Below are positions 1 through 12,186 of a DNA stretch of 64,000 bases, one piece after another. Each line of letters opens with the position of its first letter. The stretch's first letter is position 1. This stretch comes from Callorhinchus milii. Lineage: Eukaryota. The notes under the pieces were generated by a model, which had not been told where the DNA came from, ran no database searches, and saw only the letters and a program-made list of their open reading frames with translations. A program made the translations under genes and the position numbers. The stretch lies in the NCBI RefSeq assembly GCF_018977255.1, contig NW_024704742.1, positions 6,450,001-6,514,000 of the forward strand, read 5' to 3'.

Positions 1-581
1 GGCAGATCAAATAAAAATTGGAGCCAGCTCAGAACCAAGGCAACCCAGCTTGTGTTCCTCTGCCCACCACCACGGTATAGCCATTTGACATCTGATAAGC
101 ACAGGTTTGAGCCCTCGTTAGCTGGATGGCACCAGAAACTCCTTGTGAATTTTTTCGTGAACAGCATACGTCAGCATGTAATGTGTGAGAGCATGTCATC
201 TTCTTGCCTACTGATCCAGTGTACATCCCTTCCCATTGAGCAATGGTTGCACCAGTTGTAGGTGCAGAGGCTGAGCAGCAGACACTTACCTCTCCGAATA
301 CCAATTAAGGTAGTTACCAAGCCCCGGATTATCCAAAATGTTTTCATGAATGAAACCTAACACCTTCCAGCAGCTGTCATCCCAAGCCTTAGTTTCCTCA
401 TCAGTTATTTGATGTAGATCTGCCTTCAGTATGATGGGAGGCCCTTTAATAGGACATCTTGTGATGTGCCAGCCACCTTAATGTTCCAATCTTACTCTCT
501 TTCTCCTCTCTCTGAAAAAAGTGAGACAGAAAGAGAAAGTCAGAGAGAGAGAGAGAATATCAGAGAGAGAGAGTTAAGAGA

Positions 582-836
582 AGGGCGAAACCTTGGGCAA
601 GTTTCCTTACTCCACACGCCTAATAATAATCCCTCCAAAAAAAAAAAAACAATAATTAAATTGGTCATTTTCAATCTACGACTGTTTGTGGGACATTGCT
701 GTGCGCAATTGGCTGCCGCGTTCGGCCACAAATATACAGTCAATTCACTTTACAGTGTGTTCTGTGAAGCGCTTTGGGACGTCCTCCCGACGTGAAAAGC
801 GCTATACCAAATGCAAGGATTATTATTATTATTATT
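582..836 (+). mobile_element. Young SINE, short subfamily, headless; L2-type sequence in its 3' stem-loop
   Basis: AGGGCGAAACCTTGGGCAAGTTTCCTTACTCCACACGCC...GACTGTTTGTGGGACA...CAAATGCAAGG(ATT)n; matches the other copies in the window; lies between GA-rich tracts (520-572, 885-918). Confidence 0.9.
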
Positions 837-1846
837 AAGGTCAGAAAGGAAGAAGTAATGAGCGAGGAACTCAAGAGCCTGAGAAAGAGAGCGAGAAGAG
901 AGAGAGAGAGAGAGGGAGGGATTGGCACAGTGTGGTATTACAGTGGTACAATAACTCCTGATGAAAGTAGTTCTTGGTTAGCTCTGTAGCCGACATATTT
1001 TGGGTGATGGACAATCATTCACACTGTTTCCTTATCCACAATGGGTCTGGTCCCAATTACTGGAGAGAATCATCTCTCTATTGCACGTGACGTTTTAATG
1101 GCACTGGGGGAAAAAAAAACAATTCAGAGATTCAATTTCTTGGTAAACATTTTGAAATTTGTTTGAAAAAAACATCAGTTTTAAGTAGATCTGATTAAGA
1201 AAACATACGCTTCTGGCAAAAGGGACAATGTGCGTGCACACACTATGGGCTATTCTCCCCGCTAGACGTAGAATGAAGTGAGATATCTGGTGAAAAGCTT
1301 TTCATTTTTGACATTCATTACCTGCTTCTAAAAAGATTCACAGTTGTTTTTCATACTGAAGCTACTGGAGACGTTCACTATTTTCAAAAATTCTTTTAAT
1401 TGTGGATATTCAGCTGTTCGATAGCTCCACTGGACAGAACGGGCGAGCTTAGCGCAGAGATTAGTGGCCAGTCCACACCCAGAGCAGCGATTTTCTTTCC
1501 CTGATAAGCGGGTCCCCTGGGGGAGGATTGTAGGAGCAACGTGCCACTATTTTAATTTAAACAGCTCCACATAATGGCCCTCTCATTAAGAGAAAGCTCT
1601 TATGCTTCAGTATTTCCACTGCCGTGATGTGAACACAATGAAATTCTCCAACTTTCCACATGTTTGTTGCCATCACACGTTGGGTGGAAACTACTGCTCA
1701 GAGTTTAAACTCTGGGTTTTAAACTCAATTTTATATAATTGCCAAAAATGCAATGGTTTCTGATGTAATTCTTTAATAGTGAGTTTGAGGCTCTTCCAAT
1801 AATGTAGGGAATTAACTTCCTGCCACAGACCAATGCAATACCTCAC

Positions 1847-2103
1847 AGTAAGTAGGAACCCGGCTGTTAGTCGATTGGCAGATCACTTTTCCGGGGGTAA
1901 TAATCCCTTCAGAAATATATAAATAATAATTTGGTTACTCAATCCATGACTATTTGTGCGACACTCCTGTGCATAATTGGCTGCTGGTTTTCGCACACAA
2001 AATATAGTCAATTCACTTTACAGTCTATTCTGTGAAGCGCTTTGAGACGTCTCGAAGACTCGATAAGACGTTATATCAAATGCAAGGATTATTATTATTA
2101 TTA
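1847..2103 (+). mobile_element. Young SINE, long subfamily, 5'-truncated
   Basis: AGTAAGTAGGAACCCGG central insert, Deu-like 3' part, (ATT)n tail. Confidence 0.9.
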
Positions 2104-2429
2104 TATACATTTGCTACATGAAGCTGACCACATTTAACACTCAAACATTCCTATTAAGGTCTTAGTCATGTTTTGGACCCCAATGTTTGATATTGGGTCT
2201 ATTTTATGAATCACCAAAACTAGTGATCTTTTTCTGTCCTTAAGAAGATTTAACAAAAAGAAAATTTTGTTTTAGCTATCTGTGTTAATAACAACCCCAT
2301 CATATAATTTTGCTTGTATTAAATATTGGGTGAAATATTTATATTAAGATGCCGTCTCTCTTCCACTCTAGAGATATTGGAGGTCTCAACAAATATATCC
2401 AGTTAGTAACTGAGGACTGTGTAGGACTC

Positions 2430-2595
2430 AAGTTCCATCCTCCAGTCTGTGTTGAGTTGATTGAGTAGCCAATTTCAGACAGAGCTCAGAACGAGAACTG
2501 GACTCAGAGTTCCACACCTGCCGATCCCTACTGCAAGATATGGATACCAGAAAGTCAAGAAGCCTGCAAACACTCACTGTCGAAGGATCACGCAT
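2430..2595 (+). mobile_element. Old interspersed repeat 'family Y' (SINE-like, unclassified), interrupted by a young SINE
   Basis: Homologous to 10862-11035(-), 8830-8990, 38428-38660 and 61280-61430(-); appears to resume at ~2968-3000. Confidence 0.6.
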
Positions 2596-2970
2596 AACAA
2601 TAATAATAATACTTGTTATTATAGATATTGCACCTTATCATGTCTTTGAGACGTCTCAAAGCTCTTCATAGAATTGACTGTATATTTTGTGGCCGAAAAG
2701 CGGCAGCCAACAGGTTCCCACAAACAGTGGTGGATTGAGTGGCCACATTATTATTATTATTATTTTTAATATTTTTTTTTATTAAGGGATTACTAACCCC
2801 GGAAAAGCGATCCGCCAATCGACTAACAACCTGGTTCCTACTTACTTGCTAGGTAAACAGAGACGTGTGGAGTAAGGAAACTTGGCCAACGTTTCGCCCT
2901 GTCGGGAATTGAACCCAGGTCTCTCGCTTGCGAGGCGAGTGCTCTAACCACTGAGCTACAGGACTCTACA
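2596..2970 (-). mobile_element. Young SINE, long subfamily, near full length
   Basis: Minus strand starts TGTAGAGTCCTGTAGCTCAGTGGTTAGAGC (A box), then GGTTCAATTCC (B box); (ATT)n tail at ~2596-2610. Confidence 0.92.
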
Positions 2971-3936
2971 TTAGGAACAGCCGCATGGGTGAGGTCCCTG
3001 TGGGGGGAAAATAATAGCTAAATGCTTTTGGAAAAGAAATTGCCAAGAGGGGAAATAAAAACAAAGAACTTCTCCCCAAGAATTACAGGTTCTCCAGAAT
3101 AAATAGCTGGAATTAAGATGGAAAAAGGCTGCACGGGGAATTTGCTTGCAATATGTTTTGATTGACAAAGTCATACTGGGAAGACAGTTGAACCAATCCC
3201 CTCTCCCCACCTCCCACTTGTATTTCCAACATTGTAATTGTGCACCATCCTGGAAGTCTCACCATTACGCATTCCTTCCATCAATTAAATTCTAAAAGCC
3301 AATGGTTGGTTTCGCTCAAGCAAGACATGTCCGTTAGCTTTCCTTGTAAATAGGTATGAATTTCTAGCTGCCCGTTTAAATTGTGTCCCTTTGAAACACA
3401 GTCGCTCCTTTGATGCATAAACGTGGACACATGGTAAATCCCTTTGCTGTGACTAATTCATCCAGAAATGCAGCAAAGTACATGACACCTATTCAAACAG
3501 ATCCAACAGTAAATGCAGCCTTCTGCATTCCTGAAGTTAATTGCTATTCGGGTAAAAGGTCACCGTTTCACAGTCCTCAGTAGAACTCTTCAGACTCAGG
3601 AATTGCAGGAGCTATTTTAATCCACGCCTTTCAGTGGGAAAGCTAATTGTCGTAACTGAATACAATCGCTGGGTGTGATGTGACTGTCACACTGCTGTTA
3701 TACTTCATCATCTCCCTCCCATCACCACCCTCTCTATCCGTCCTTAATTTCCATCTAAAAAACGACTGCTTCAACCGCGCTTACAGTTATTTCACCAGGT
3801 AAATTATATCTGAAACACCACTACACCCCAACAAGACACAACAAGCTGAAGGCATCTTGCTTATGTGGATAGTACTAATGTCAAGAACTGTTTAAATCAG
3901 AAGTGCATTGAATTCTAACCCATTCCTTGTGGAGGG

Positions 3937-5460
3937 ATTTTGGTCAGCCGGGTATCCATCACCATGGTTAAGGGTATCTAAGCCAGAAGGAATTCCACAT
4001 GAGGAAAGCCACCTTCAACAACAACAACTTGCATTTAATGCAGCATCTCTCAGGTAGGGTGGGGTCCCAGAGTGCTTGACAGTGGTGGAACGCGACACCG
4101 AACTGTAGGTTGGTGACGTGTTTTGAGGAGGGAGAAGGAAGGGGCAAGACGAAGGGATAGAGGGAGAGTGTTTCCAGAGTTTCGGGGCGTAGTGGATGAA
4201 AACACAGCCAATGATGGCGGAACATGCGGAAGGCCTGAGCCAGTCGAGCAGAAGCTGTGGGTTGGGGGGTAAGCAGGTCAGAGAGGTAGGGGGCATGTGA
4301 GGATCTTGAAATCGATCCGTTCGGCGATAGGGAGCCAATGGAGTCTGGCTAGGACTGGTGTCATGGGGTACAGAGTTTAGTTCGGATATGCGGGCGGCAG
4401 AGTTTTAGATTAGGTGGATTTTGTGGATGATAAAGGTGGGGAAATCGGCGAGGAGGGCGTTTGAATAGTCGAGGCGGAGGTATCAAACGGATGGATGACT
4501 GTTTTGACTGCGTCTGGGGTAAGCTATGGGAGGTGGGCAATGAGGCAGAGGTGGAGGAAGGCTGTCCTGCTCAGGGACCGGATGTGGGGAAGAAAGGACA
4601 GCTGTGGGTTGAACAGGAGAGAAGACATTAATGGGAGCCAAGGAGAATGTCAGTTAGAAAACCCGAGAGAAAATTGGCTGTCTTTGGAGTCGCAGCTGAA
4701 GGAGAAGTAGATTTGTGTGTCTTCTGCATACATGTGGGAGTTGACTCCCAAGTCTGCGGATGACAATGTCAAGAGGGAGAATGTAGAAAGGGAGGGAGGG
4801 GGACAAGGATGGAGCCCTGGGGTACACCACAAGTGACCAGGTGGGGCGGGAGGAGAAACTGTTTGAAGAGACAAAGTGAAAGCAGTTTGTCAGGTAGGAC
4901 GCAAACCAGGCTAGAGCTGTCCCACTAAAGGTGGATGAGGGAGGAGAGGCAGTGGATGGAGGATGGCGTGGCTGACTGTGTCGAACGCGGCAAACATGTC
5001 CCGGAAGCAGAGAGAGTCCTGGTTATAGAGAGAGAGGACGTCATTTGTGACCTTGAAAAACGCCGTCTCTGTGCTGTGGGCAGAGTAGAAACCAGACTGG
5101 AGGGGCTCGAGGAAGAAATGGAGGGAGAAGTATGTGCAAAGCTGGTTAGCAACAACGCATTCACACGGAAATCTCCATGTCTGGGTTGAAATGTGCACTT
5201 CTCTCTGGAGGGACACACCCTGCTACCTAACCCTGGAGAGTATTAGGCTTAGGTTGGTGAAAGCCATGGCTTAGGGACCCCAGAGTGTCCACTGGGGTAC
5301 TGCTGGAGTTTAACCAGCTGAAGCCACATAGCTTGCTGTCTGGCAAGCTTTCCCCTGTTTGTCCAGCTAGGACCACCCTACCTGTTGGGAGTTTGACTTG
5401 CAGGGTTAACAGGAGTTTGAGTAGGAACTGAGCTAATGAGGCCACCACAAAGGATTGACT
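3937..5460 (-). mobile_element. Unclassified repeat 'family X', split by an L2 insertion (pieces 3937-4015 and 5161-~5460)
   Basis: TTTTGGTCAGCCGGGT... and CACACGGAAATC...CTGGAGGGACACA... are contiguous in the copies at 15371 and 22234. Confidence 0.75.
4016..5160 (-). mobile_element. L2 LINE 3' fragment with degenerate reverse transcriptase
   Basis: Minus-strand peptides LEPLQSGFYSAHSTETAFFKVTND, DMFAAFDTVSH, GVPQGS and HMYAEDTQIY; (GTT)n tail at 4016-4030. Confidence 0.92.
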
Positions 5461-6968
5461 TAATTCTGACATTTTGTGGCCAGGCATCCCACCTTAGCGT
5501 CCCGAGGAATCCCCACATACCTCCCCACTCTCCCAAGAATAGCCCCATTTTGAAATTCCCACAAATTTGACTTTAATTAGGATAAAGTCTCCTTACAGAC
5601 CTCAGTAATGAACGAGCTGCTCCCAGTGTCTGATTCACACAGCCTCTCCTCTAGAACCACTGTCAACAGCCAGTGTAAAGTAAAACAGAAAACTGACTAG
5701 AAAGACTTCATCTCGGTTGAGGCCAGTTCTAACTCCAAATAAGGAGTGTAAATACACAAAGTTCCTCTACTCTACTCCTAGTACTGAAAGATGAAACTCA
5801 CAACTGTCTAACCCAGATCCCTGGGGTTTGAGCTCCGAACAGAGCAAATACTGCCTTTAATTATGAAGAAAAAAGGAACGTTTTGAATGCTGAGTGTCTG
5901 AAACAAAAGCATTGAGACCGGAGTGAAGTGAAGGGTCCAGTTCTGTGGAGGTCTTACTCTGCATCTTTCCATTCTGTCCAGGATCTGTGAATGCCTAGCA
6001 GGGAATCTTTTGGCTATCCTAATATTTTTCATGTTGATGAGCATAAAATTCACTCCAGTAAACAGGACCCGATACATTGACTGTACCCTTGATGGAAACC
6101 AAACGCCAAATCAATCAATGAGAATTAATTTATAATGAACTATAGGTACACTAGGGACAAGTGAAACCATCCATGGCTATTTTGTGACAAGTGTTGCTTA
6201 TTTGAGCCAGAGAGACTTCAAGACAGATTTGAGCCACCAGACTAGGAAACTCTAGAAATAATTGGCAGTGATATGTTTTGTTTTCATTGTAAAACTGGTA
6301 GCTTGAGGTGAGGTAACATGATAGTTATTTTGCTTCACCGTTGAAAGATTATTTCTGTTATGGTACTTCATTATACCTATGATTCCACTTTACTCGCAGT
6401 TTATTTAATTTGGATTAAGTGTCGCATGAAGTGAATGGAATTTTTATTCAAGGAATTCCAGCTGACGATTGAGAAGAACCATTATGGCGACTGACTATTA
6501 ATTTCATTTGGGTTCAAATCCATCTCTGTTTACCTTTTTGTATGGCTGATTTTCCTCTTCCGGAAAGGTGCAATTTGGGGGATGGACAATCCATCCCCAT
6601 TATTGCAGAAAAATTCTCTCTATATATTATATATGTATATAGAATTTTTGTTTAGAATGGAGGGTACACACTCTCCCTCGAAGAATATACACTAGTTATT
6701 TATTCCCACAGTGCAGAGCACAAGCCAAGGCTTATGTACCCTAGAGTATTCATTCATTCACTATTGGACTTTAACCAGTTAGAACCACACAGCATGCCAT
6801 TACCAAACAAAGACAAGCTGCTTGTCCAACTCGGATCACCTTACCTGTTATGGCTCTGGTTTGCAATGTTAAGAAGATGTGACTGGGAAGAATGCCAGCG
6901 TCACAGTGACTGGTCTACTCCTCCAAGGCCTGCTAATGAGCCAGTCTGTCATTAAGAATATTTTGGAG

Positions 6969-7032
6969 TACTGTGGACCTGCCTGGCTCAGGAACTAGAC
7001 TACTGTGGACCTGCCTGGCTCAGGAACCAGAC
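6969..7032 (+). repeat. 32-bp tandem duplication
   Basis: TACTGTGGACCTGCCTGGCTCAGGAACYAGAC x2, one mismatch. Confidence 0.95.
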
Positions 7033-7303
7033 TCCTGAGACGACCACAGAAGATTGACTCCGTTTTGATATTCCATTGCCAGGCACATCATCCTGGAGCC
7101 AACTCAGCCTCAAGCAGATCTTCCCTGCCTCCCTTCACCCACCAAAGAGAATAGTCGGTTTGTACTAAAGAAACAACAGTGGTTTATTATTGCATTGTGC
7201 TGCATTTAAGACCAATGTATTCAGTAAGATGATCATTGCGCACCTCGCTCTTTGAATTGAAAAATCCTGGCTGTATCTTAAAAGCTTTGCATACGAACAA
7301 AGT

Positions 7304-7655
7304 TGTGGAGTCCTGTAGCTCAGTGGTTAGAGCATTCATTTGGCAAGCGAGAGATCTGGTTTCAATTCCCGGCAAAACGCTGGGCAAGTTTCCTTACTCC
7401 ATACGCCCCTGTTTACCCAGCAGTAAGTAGGAACCCGGTTGTTAAGTCAATTGGCGGATCACTACTCCGGGGGTAATAATTACTCAAAAAAAAACAGTCC
7501 TTACACAATGGGACACTGCTGCGTGCAATTAGCTGCCGTGTTTCGCCTACAAAATATATAGTCAATTCACTTTACATTATATTCTATGAAGCACTTTGAG
7601 ACGTCTCAAAGACGTGATAAAGCGCTCTTTCAAATGCAAGGATTATTATTACTAA
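7304..7655 (+). mobile_element. Young SINE, long subfamily, full length
   Basis: TGTGGAGTCCTGTAGCTCAGTGG head, central insert, ATT tail. Confidence 0.92.
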
Positions 7656-7965
7656 TAATAAGTTAACTGGCATGGTTGAACGATTGAATATGAAGGTTTC
7701 CCGACTGGTCTGATGTGACACTAAACTACAGACATGAAGGTTGCAGGCACACTTCCTGATCAGTACTTCAGTAGCTGAGGTATTAGTTGTCAGACAAACT
7801 ATGCCTTCAGCTCTCTTTGGGTGAGGAAGGAGAAACCTGGAAGAGTTTGGTTTCCTGGTCTTGATCACTAGCTAGTACCCTTTGCAGGCAAATAAATGTA
7901 TGGATTTCATAAAATTACAATGGAAATTTTGGCACATTTGACCATATCCTTCCATCTAGAATCTG

Positions 7966-8390
7966 TGTGTCAGCCTGGTTTATCGGTAGCACTCTCTCTT
8001 CTTAGTCAGAAGGTTGGGGTTTCAAGGTCTTTGTAGTGGACTCACATCATCCAAGATGCCACTCCCATGTAGTGCTTTGGGTATGTTGCATTGTCATAAG
8101 TATTGTCCTATGGGTGTGATGTTAAACTGAGGTCCCGTCTTCCTGTTCCAAGTAGATGTTAGAAATCCCATGGAACAACTTGAAAAGAAAAGGGAATTTC
8201 TCCCATACAACAAACCCCCAAATAAAATTGATCATTCATGTCATGGCTGTTTGTAGGATATTACAATTGGGCTGTCACATTCACCTAGAAATACATAGTC
8301 CCTGCACTTTACAGCATATTCTTTGAAGCCCTTTGAGAATACCTTCTGATCTGAAAAGAGCCATACCAAAATGCATGGATTATTATGATT
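7966..8390 (+). mobile_element. Old DeuSINE (SacSINE1/AmnSINE-like)
   Basis: Decayed tRNA head GTCAGCC..GGTAGCACTCTC..AGTCAGAAGGTTG; Deu-like TGTTAAACTGAGGTCCCGTC..GATGTTAGAAATCCCATGG. Confidence 0.75.
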
Positions 8391-8639
8391 AACATTGTCT
8401 ACTAAACCAACCCAGATGAGCACTGTCTAGATGCTATAGCAAAATCACAAGAGATGTACAAATAAAACGTTTTTCAGTCCATTTAATTCCATTCTTCCAG
8501 ATACTCGACCTACCACTGTCCGTTATAGTATTCAGCTGTTTATTAAATGAGTCCACTTTCCTGGTCTCCCCGTCTCCAGCTGTTGGTCACCTACAATTAA
8601 AATAAATCTTGTTTTTGTCCCTAAATTTTTCTTTCCAAC

Positions 8640-8820
8640 ACTTAACCTGTTCTATTGCCTTATTACTGAAAGTATTATTCTGGGTTTAACTTCTCTATCT
8701 CATATAACATCTATAAGATTCCCTCTGAAATCCCTCTTTTGAAGACTGAAGAGCCAAACTTAGGTAATTGTCCCTCATGGCTCATCCTTCTAACACTGGA
8801 GATCATTCTCATTGCTCTAT
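8640..8820 (-). mobile_element. CR1 LINE remnant (RT C-terminal region)
   Basis: Minus strand resembles the CR1 'RMI..L..YE.RL..LGLFSL.KR..RG.LI.VY' region, similar to 60528-60700. Confidence 0.6.
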
Positions 8821-9769
8821 GATAGGATGGGACATGATGGTGATGCCTTGAACAGCCTGCCAACACTCACAATCTGACTTAACATGTGATAAATGGGTGA
8901 ATGGGTGAGACCCAGCATCCACAGAAATGTATCCCAGGATTAGTCCATACCCTCAGGAATTGGGGAAAGGAGAACACTCGAAAAACATAAAACAAGGCAC
9001 GGAAAAAGTAGAAACTTGACTGAGATTTGAGGAATTTGAATTTGGTTGTTCAAGGTAAGATACAATATCACATACCAAGTAACCGTAATTACACTTGTTT
9101 TATATTTGAGCGTGTGTCATCCAGAATTTGTGCGAAGCGAATGTTTATTTTATTTCTTGAGATATGAAAAATATCCCAAGTACTGCGGTATGAAAATATC
9201 CTGAGCTTGATCTACATTTGCCTTCGTCTGGCCATGAGCCACACACAACTTGAAAGAACTACAACCCGTGTATTTTTAGAGTAACAAAAGTTTACTTTGG
9301 AAAATAAACACACTTTTTGCTTATTAACAGAACCTGAATCAAGTGAAACGACAAAGGAAATAAAGAGGCAAAATACTGGGGAGGAACACAGTTTCAGCTA
9401 AAAGACCTTTGTTTCAAACTTATCCTTAATGGGGCCCATCAGATATGAACTGTTTGGCGGTTCATCATTCCAATACCACAGGATTAGTTCCAGAGCACAA
9501 TTATCCATTCTCTGACATAATAAACAGAATCGGGGTCAATTGGGGGTTTGTTAAGGTGACGGACAGTTTTTCCATTGGATTTGAGCACCTCACTTCTGAA
9601 TTTAGACACATTGCAGTGTTCCAGTCACACTGTACAACAAGGTGACTTACTTTATCACACGCTTTGCCTCTTGCTTTATAAGCTACACTGGTTGATATTA
9701 CTATGGAGTGGGGGGGTGAAGCAGAATTCAGTGTCCACAATAAACATTGATACAATACAAATTGACATT

Positions 9770-10125
9770 TATATATAGGTGGGGGGGGTGAGGAAAGGGG
9801 AAAGAACATTAAAAGGGTGGTCAAAGAGGACGGTTTGAGACCGACGTTGAAAGAGGTGAAGGAGGGGATGAATTGGAGGGATAGACTTTCAGACAGTGGG
9901 GACTGAGCGGCTGAAAGCTCAACAGGTGGTCATATGGAGCTGGGGGGGGGGATGGCGGGGGACATGAAGCAGTGTCTGCTGAGCAGGGAACGGGTAGGTT
10001 GGTAGGATTTTACAATGTTACAGATGTAGCGTGGGGGCAAGACATGATTTGAAAGTGAGGATGAGAACTTTGAATTTGATCTTCTAACCGATGTAGCTGG
10101 GCGAGGATAGGGGTGATAGGGTTGT
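9770..10125 (-). mobile_element. Old L2 3' remnant
   Basis: Purine-rich reverse complement of the L2 3' region (GAGGATGAGAACTTTGAATTTGAT = IKFKVLIL on minus). Confidence 0.7.
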
Positions 10126-10491
10126 GGAGCTCTTTAAATAAGCTCTCTTAAGACACGGGAAGGTCTACATGCAGTCTTTGGGAGCTGTTCGGTCTATTCT
10201 TCGCATCTGGGTGTGTTGGTAGGTACTGTGTACATTACAAGCAGCATGAAATACTTCATTTAGATGTTAGTCTGGCTCAGTTGGTGACTTCAATTGTTCT
10301 CACAGTTGTTTGTTTGAATGTAGAATGCCTCACTTCTGTGCTGTAAACACTGAGTGATATAGTATTGTTGGTCAGCAATTCCTCAAGTAAAATTAATCAC
10401 TCACTTTGTAGCTGTTTGCGGGGCATTGCTGTGCACAGAACTTACCAGCCACAATGTCTACCTCAAATGGAGCACGACACATATACCAGAT

Positions 10492-10862
10492 TGTAGAGTC
10501 CTGTAGCTCAGTGGTTAGAGCACTAGCCTTGCAAGCGGGAGACCTGGGTTCAATTCCCGGCAGGATGAAACTTTGAGCAAGTTTTCTTAGTCCACACGTC
10601 TCTGTTTACGTAGCAGTAAGTAGGACCTGTTTGTTGGTCGATTGGCGGATCGCTTTTCTGGGGGTAATAGTCCCTTATCTAAAAAAAATGTGGTCACTCA
10701 ATCCACAACTGTTTGTGGGACGCTGCTGTGCGCGATTGGCTGCCACGTTTCGCCCACAAATATACAGTCAATTCACTTTAGAGTATATTTTGTGAAGCGC
10801 TTTGAGACGTCTAGAAGACGTAATAAGGCGTTGTATCAAGTGCAAGAATTATTATAATTATT
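10492..10862 (+). mobile_element. Young SINE, long subfamily, full length
   Basis: TGTAGAGTCCTGTAGCTCAGTGG head, B box GGTTCAATTCC, ATT tail. Confidence 0.92.
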
Positions 10863-11035
10863 ATGTGTGTTCCTTCGACAGTAAGCATCTGTAGGTTACT
10901 TGACTGTCGGGGTGAATCACTACCGACACTGATGCCACCCTGATCTGATGTCAGCATCTTGCAGTAGGGATCGGCAGATGTGGAATTCTTAGCCAAGTTG
11001 CTGTTCTGAGCTCTGTCTGAGATTGGCTAATTAGT
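10863..11035 (-). mobile_element. Family Y fragment abutting the SINE tail
   Basis: Reverse complement closely matches 2468-2595 (AGCCAATYTCAGACAGAGCTCAGAAC...CTGCCGATCCCTACTGCAAGAT). Confidence 0.7.
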
Positions 11036-11609
11036 TATCTTTATTATAATATTATTATTATTAAACACGCACCCCGATGCTCTTCATGCCCTCCTGGGAG
11101 CATAATATTACATGGTGAGCCAGGTAGTGGGGAATGCCTGATCACGTGGGGAGCAAAGGGAATCCGAGTGTCCGCTTACTAGCCTTGAAGCAGCATACAC
11201 AGTGCTCCATGTGAGACAACCATTGAGTCCTGACCTGTCTGCTGTAATGCCGAAGAACCTCATGTGTACTACAGAACGGTGAATAAGTACGAAAGACAAG
11301 GTTTTGATCAGCCATATGGCATCAGGCAATGAGAATTCCCCAACTAATTACAAATTAGTGATGAGGACCTAGCAAGAGAAGTACCAGCTTCTCCAATTTT
11401 GCGAGGCAAATTCTGAAATGAAATTGAATTGCCTCCAAACTCAAATTGAAGCCACAAATTTTGAATGATTATCTGAAGAAGAAGAAGATTTATCACACCA
11501 GTTCTGTGCAGCACTGTACATGGAAAGAATGGGCTCCCACAGCTTTACTATGCCAGAGTACAGAAACCTTGCCTTAATGTCACCAGACAGTTCAGTCCTT
11601 TGGCATTTG

Positions 11610-11757
11610 TTATGTGTAAGTCTTATAAAATCTGACTTATACATAACTTCACATCATACATGATATGACTTATGCGAATTTCACATAACGCATGCTTCGC
11701 ACAAGTCATATTAAATGTATGGTCCCAAACGATATGACTTATGTGAGGTTTACCGTA
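11610..11757. mobile_element. Possible Tigger/pogo-type MITE remnant
   Basis: GATATGACTTATGYGA in direct and inverted copies; right end GAGGTTTACCG-TA resembles Tigger-type termini with a TA target. Confidence 0.45.
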
Positions 11758-12186
11758 ATAATAATCCTTGTAATTGATATAGCACCTTTCACATCAGTAG
11801 AATGTCTCAAAGCATTTCACAGGATATACTGTAAAATGTGTGTATTTGTAGTTGAAGGAGGCAGCCAATATGTACAGAGCAATGTCGTACAAACAGTGAG
11901 TGATCAATTTTATTTGAAGGATTGTTGGCCAGGACGCCGGGTGAAACTTCCTTCTCTTTTCAAAACTGTGCCACATGATCTTTAACATTCACCTAAACAG
12001 CCACAGATGGAACTTGGTTTAACGCTTCACTCAAAGGACGAGGATTCCAGCAATGCATCAGAGCACCTCAGCATTGCATTGGATTGTCAGCCTGGACTGT
12101 GAGCTCAAAGTCTCGGAGTGGGGCTTGAACCCGCAACCTTTTTATTTGTAGGCATCAGAGCTGTCAGGCTCTGAGTCAGGCTGATA
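11758..12186 (-). mobile_element. Old DeuSINE, near full length
   Basis: Tail, Deu domain (GATCTTTAACATTCACCT..AACAG) and head (GGGCTTGAACCCGCAACCTT...GAGTCAGGCTGATAC) on minus. Confidence 0.8.

Noticed and set aside
284..476. Minus-strand ~62-codon open frame ending at a GAG/GTAAGT donor
   Set aside because: No convincing acceptor and no recognisable protein; cannot be supported without RNA-seq
7304..7380. tRNA-like sequences with A and B boxes (also at 2900-2970, 10492, 36432, 52573 and others)
   Set aside because: They are SINE heads continuous with SINE bodies, not tRNA genes
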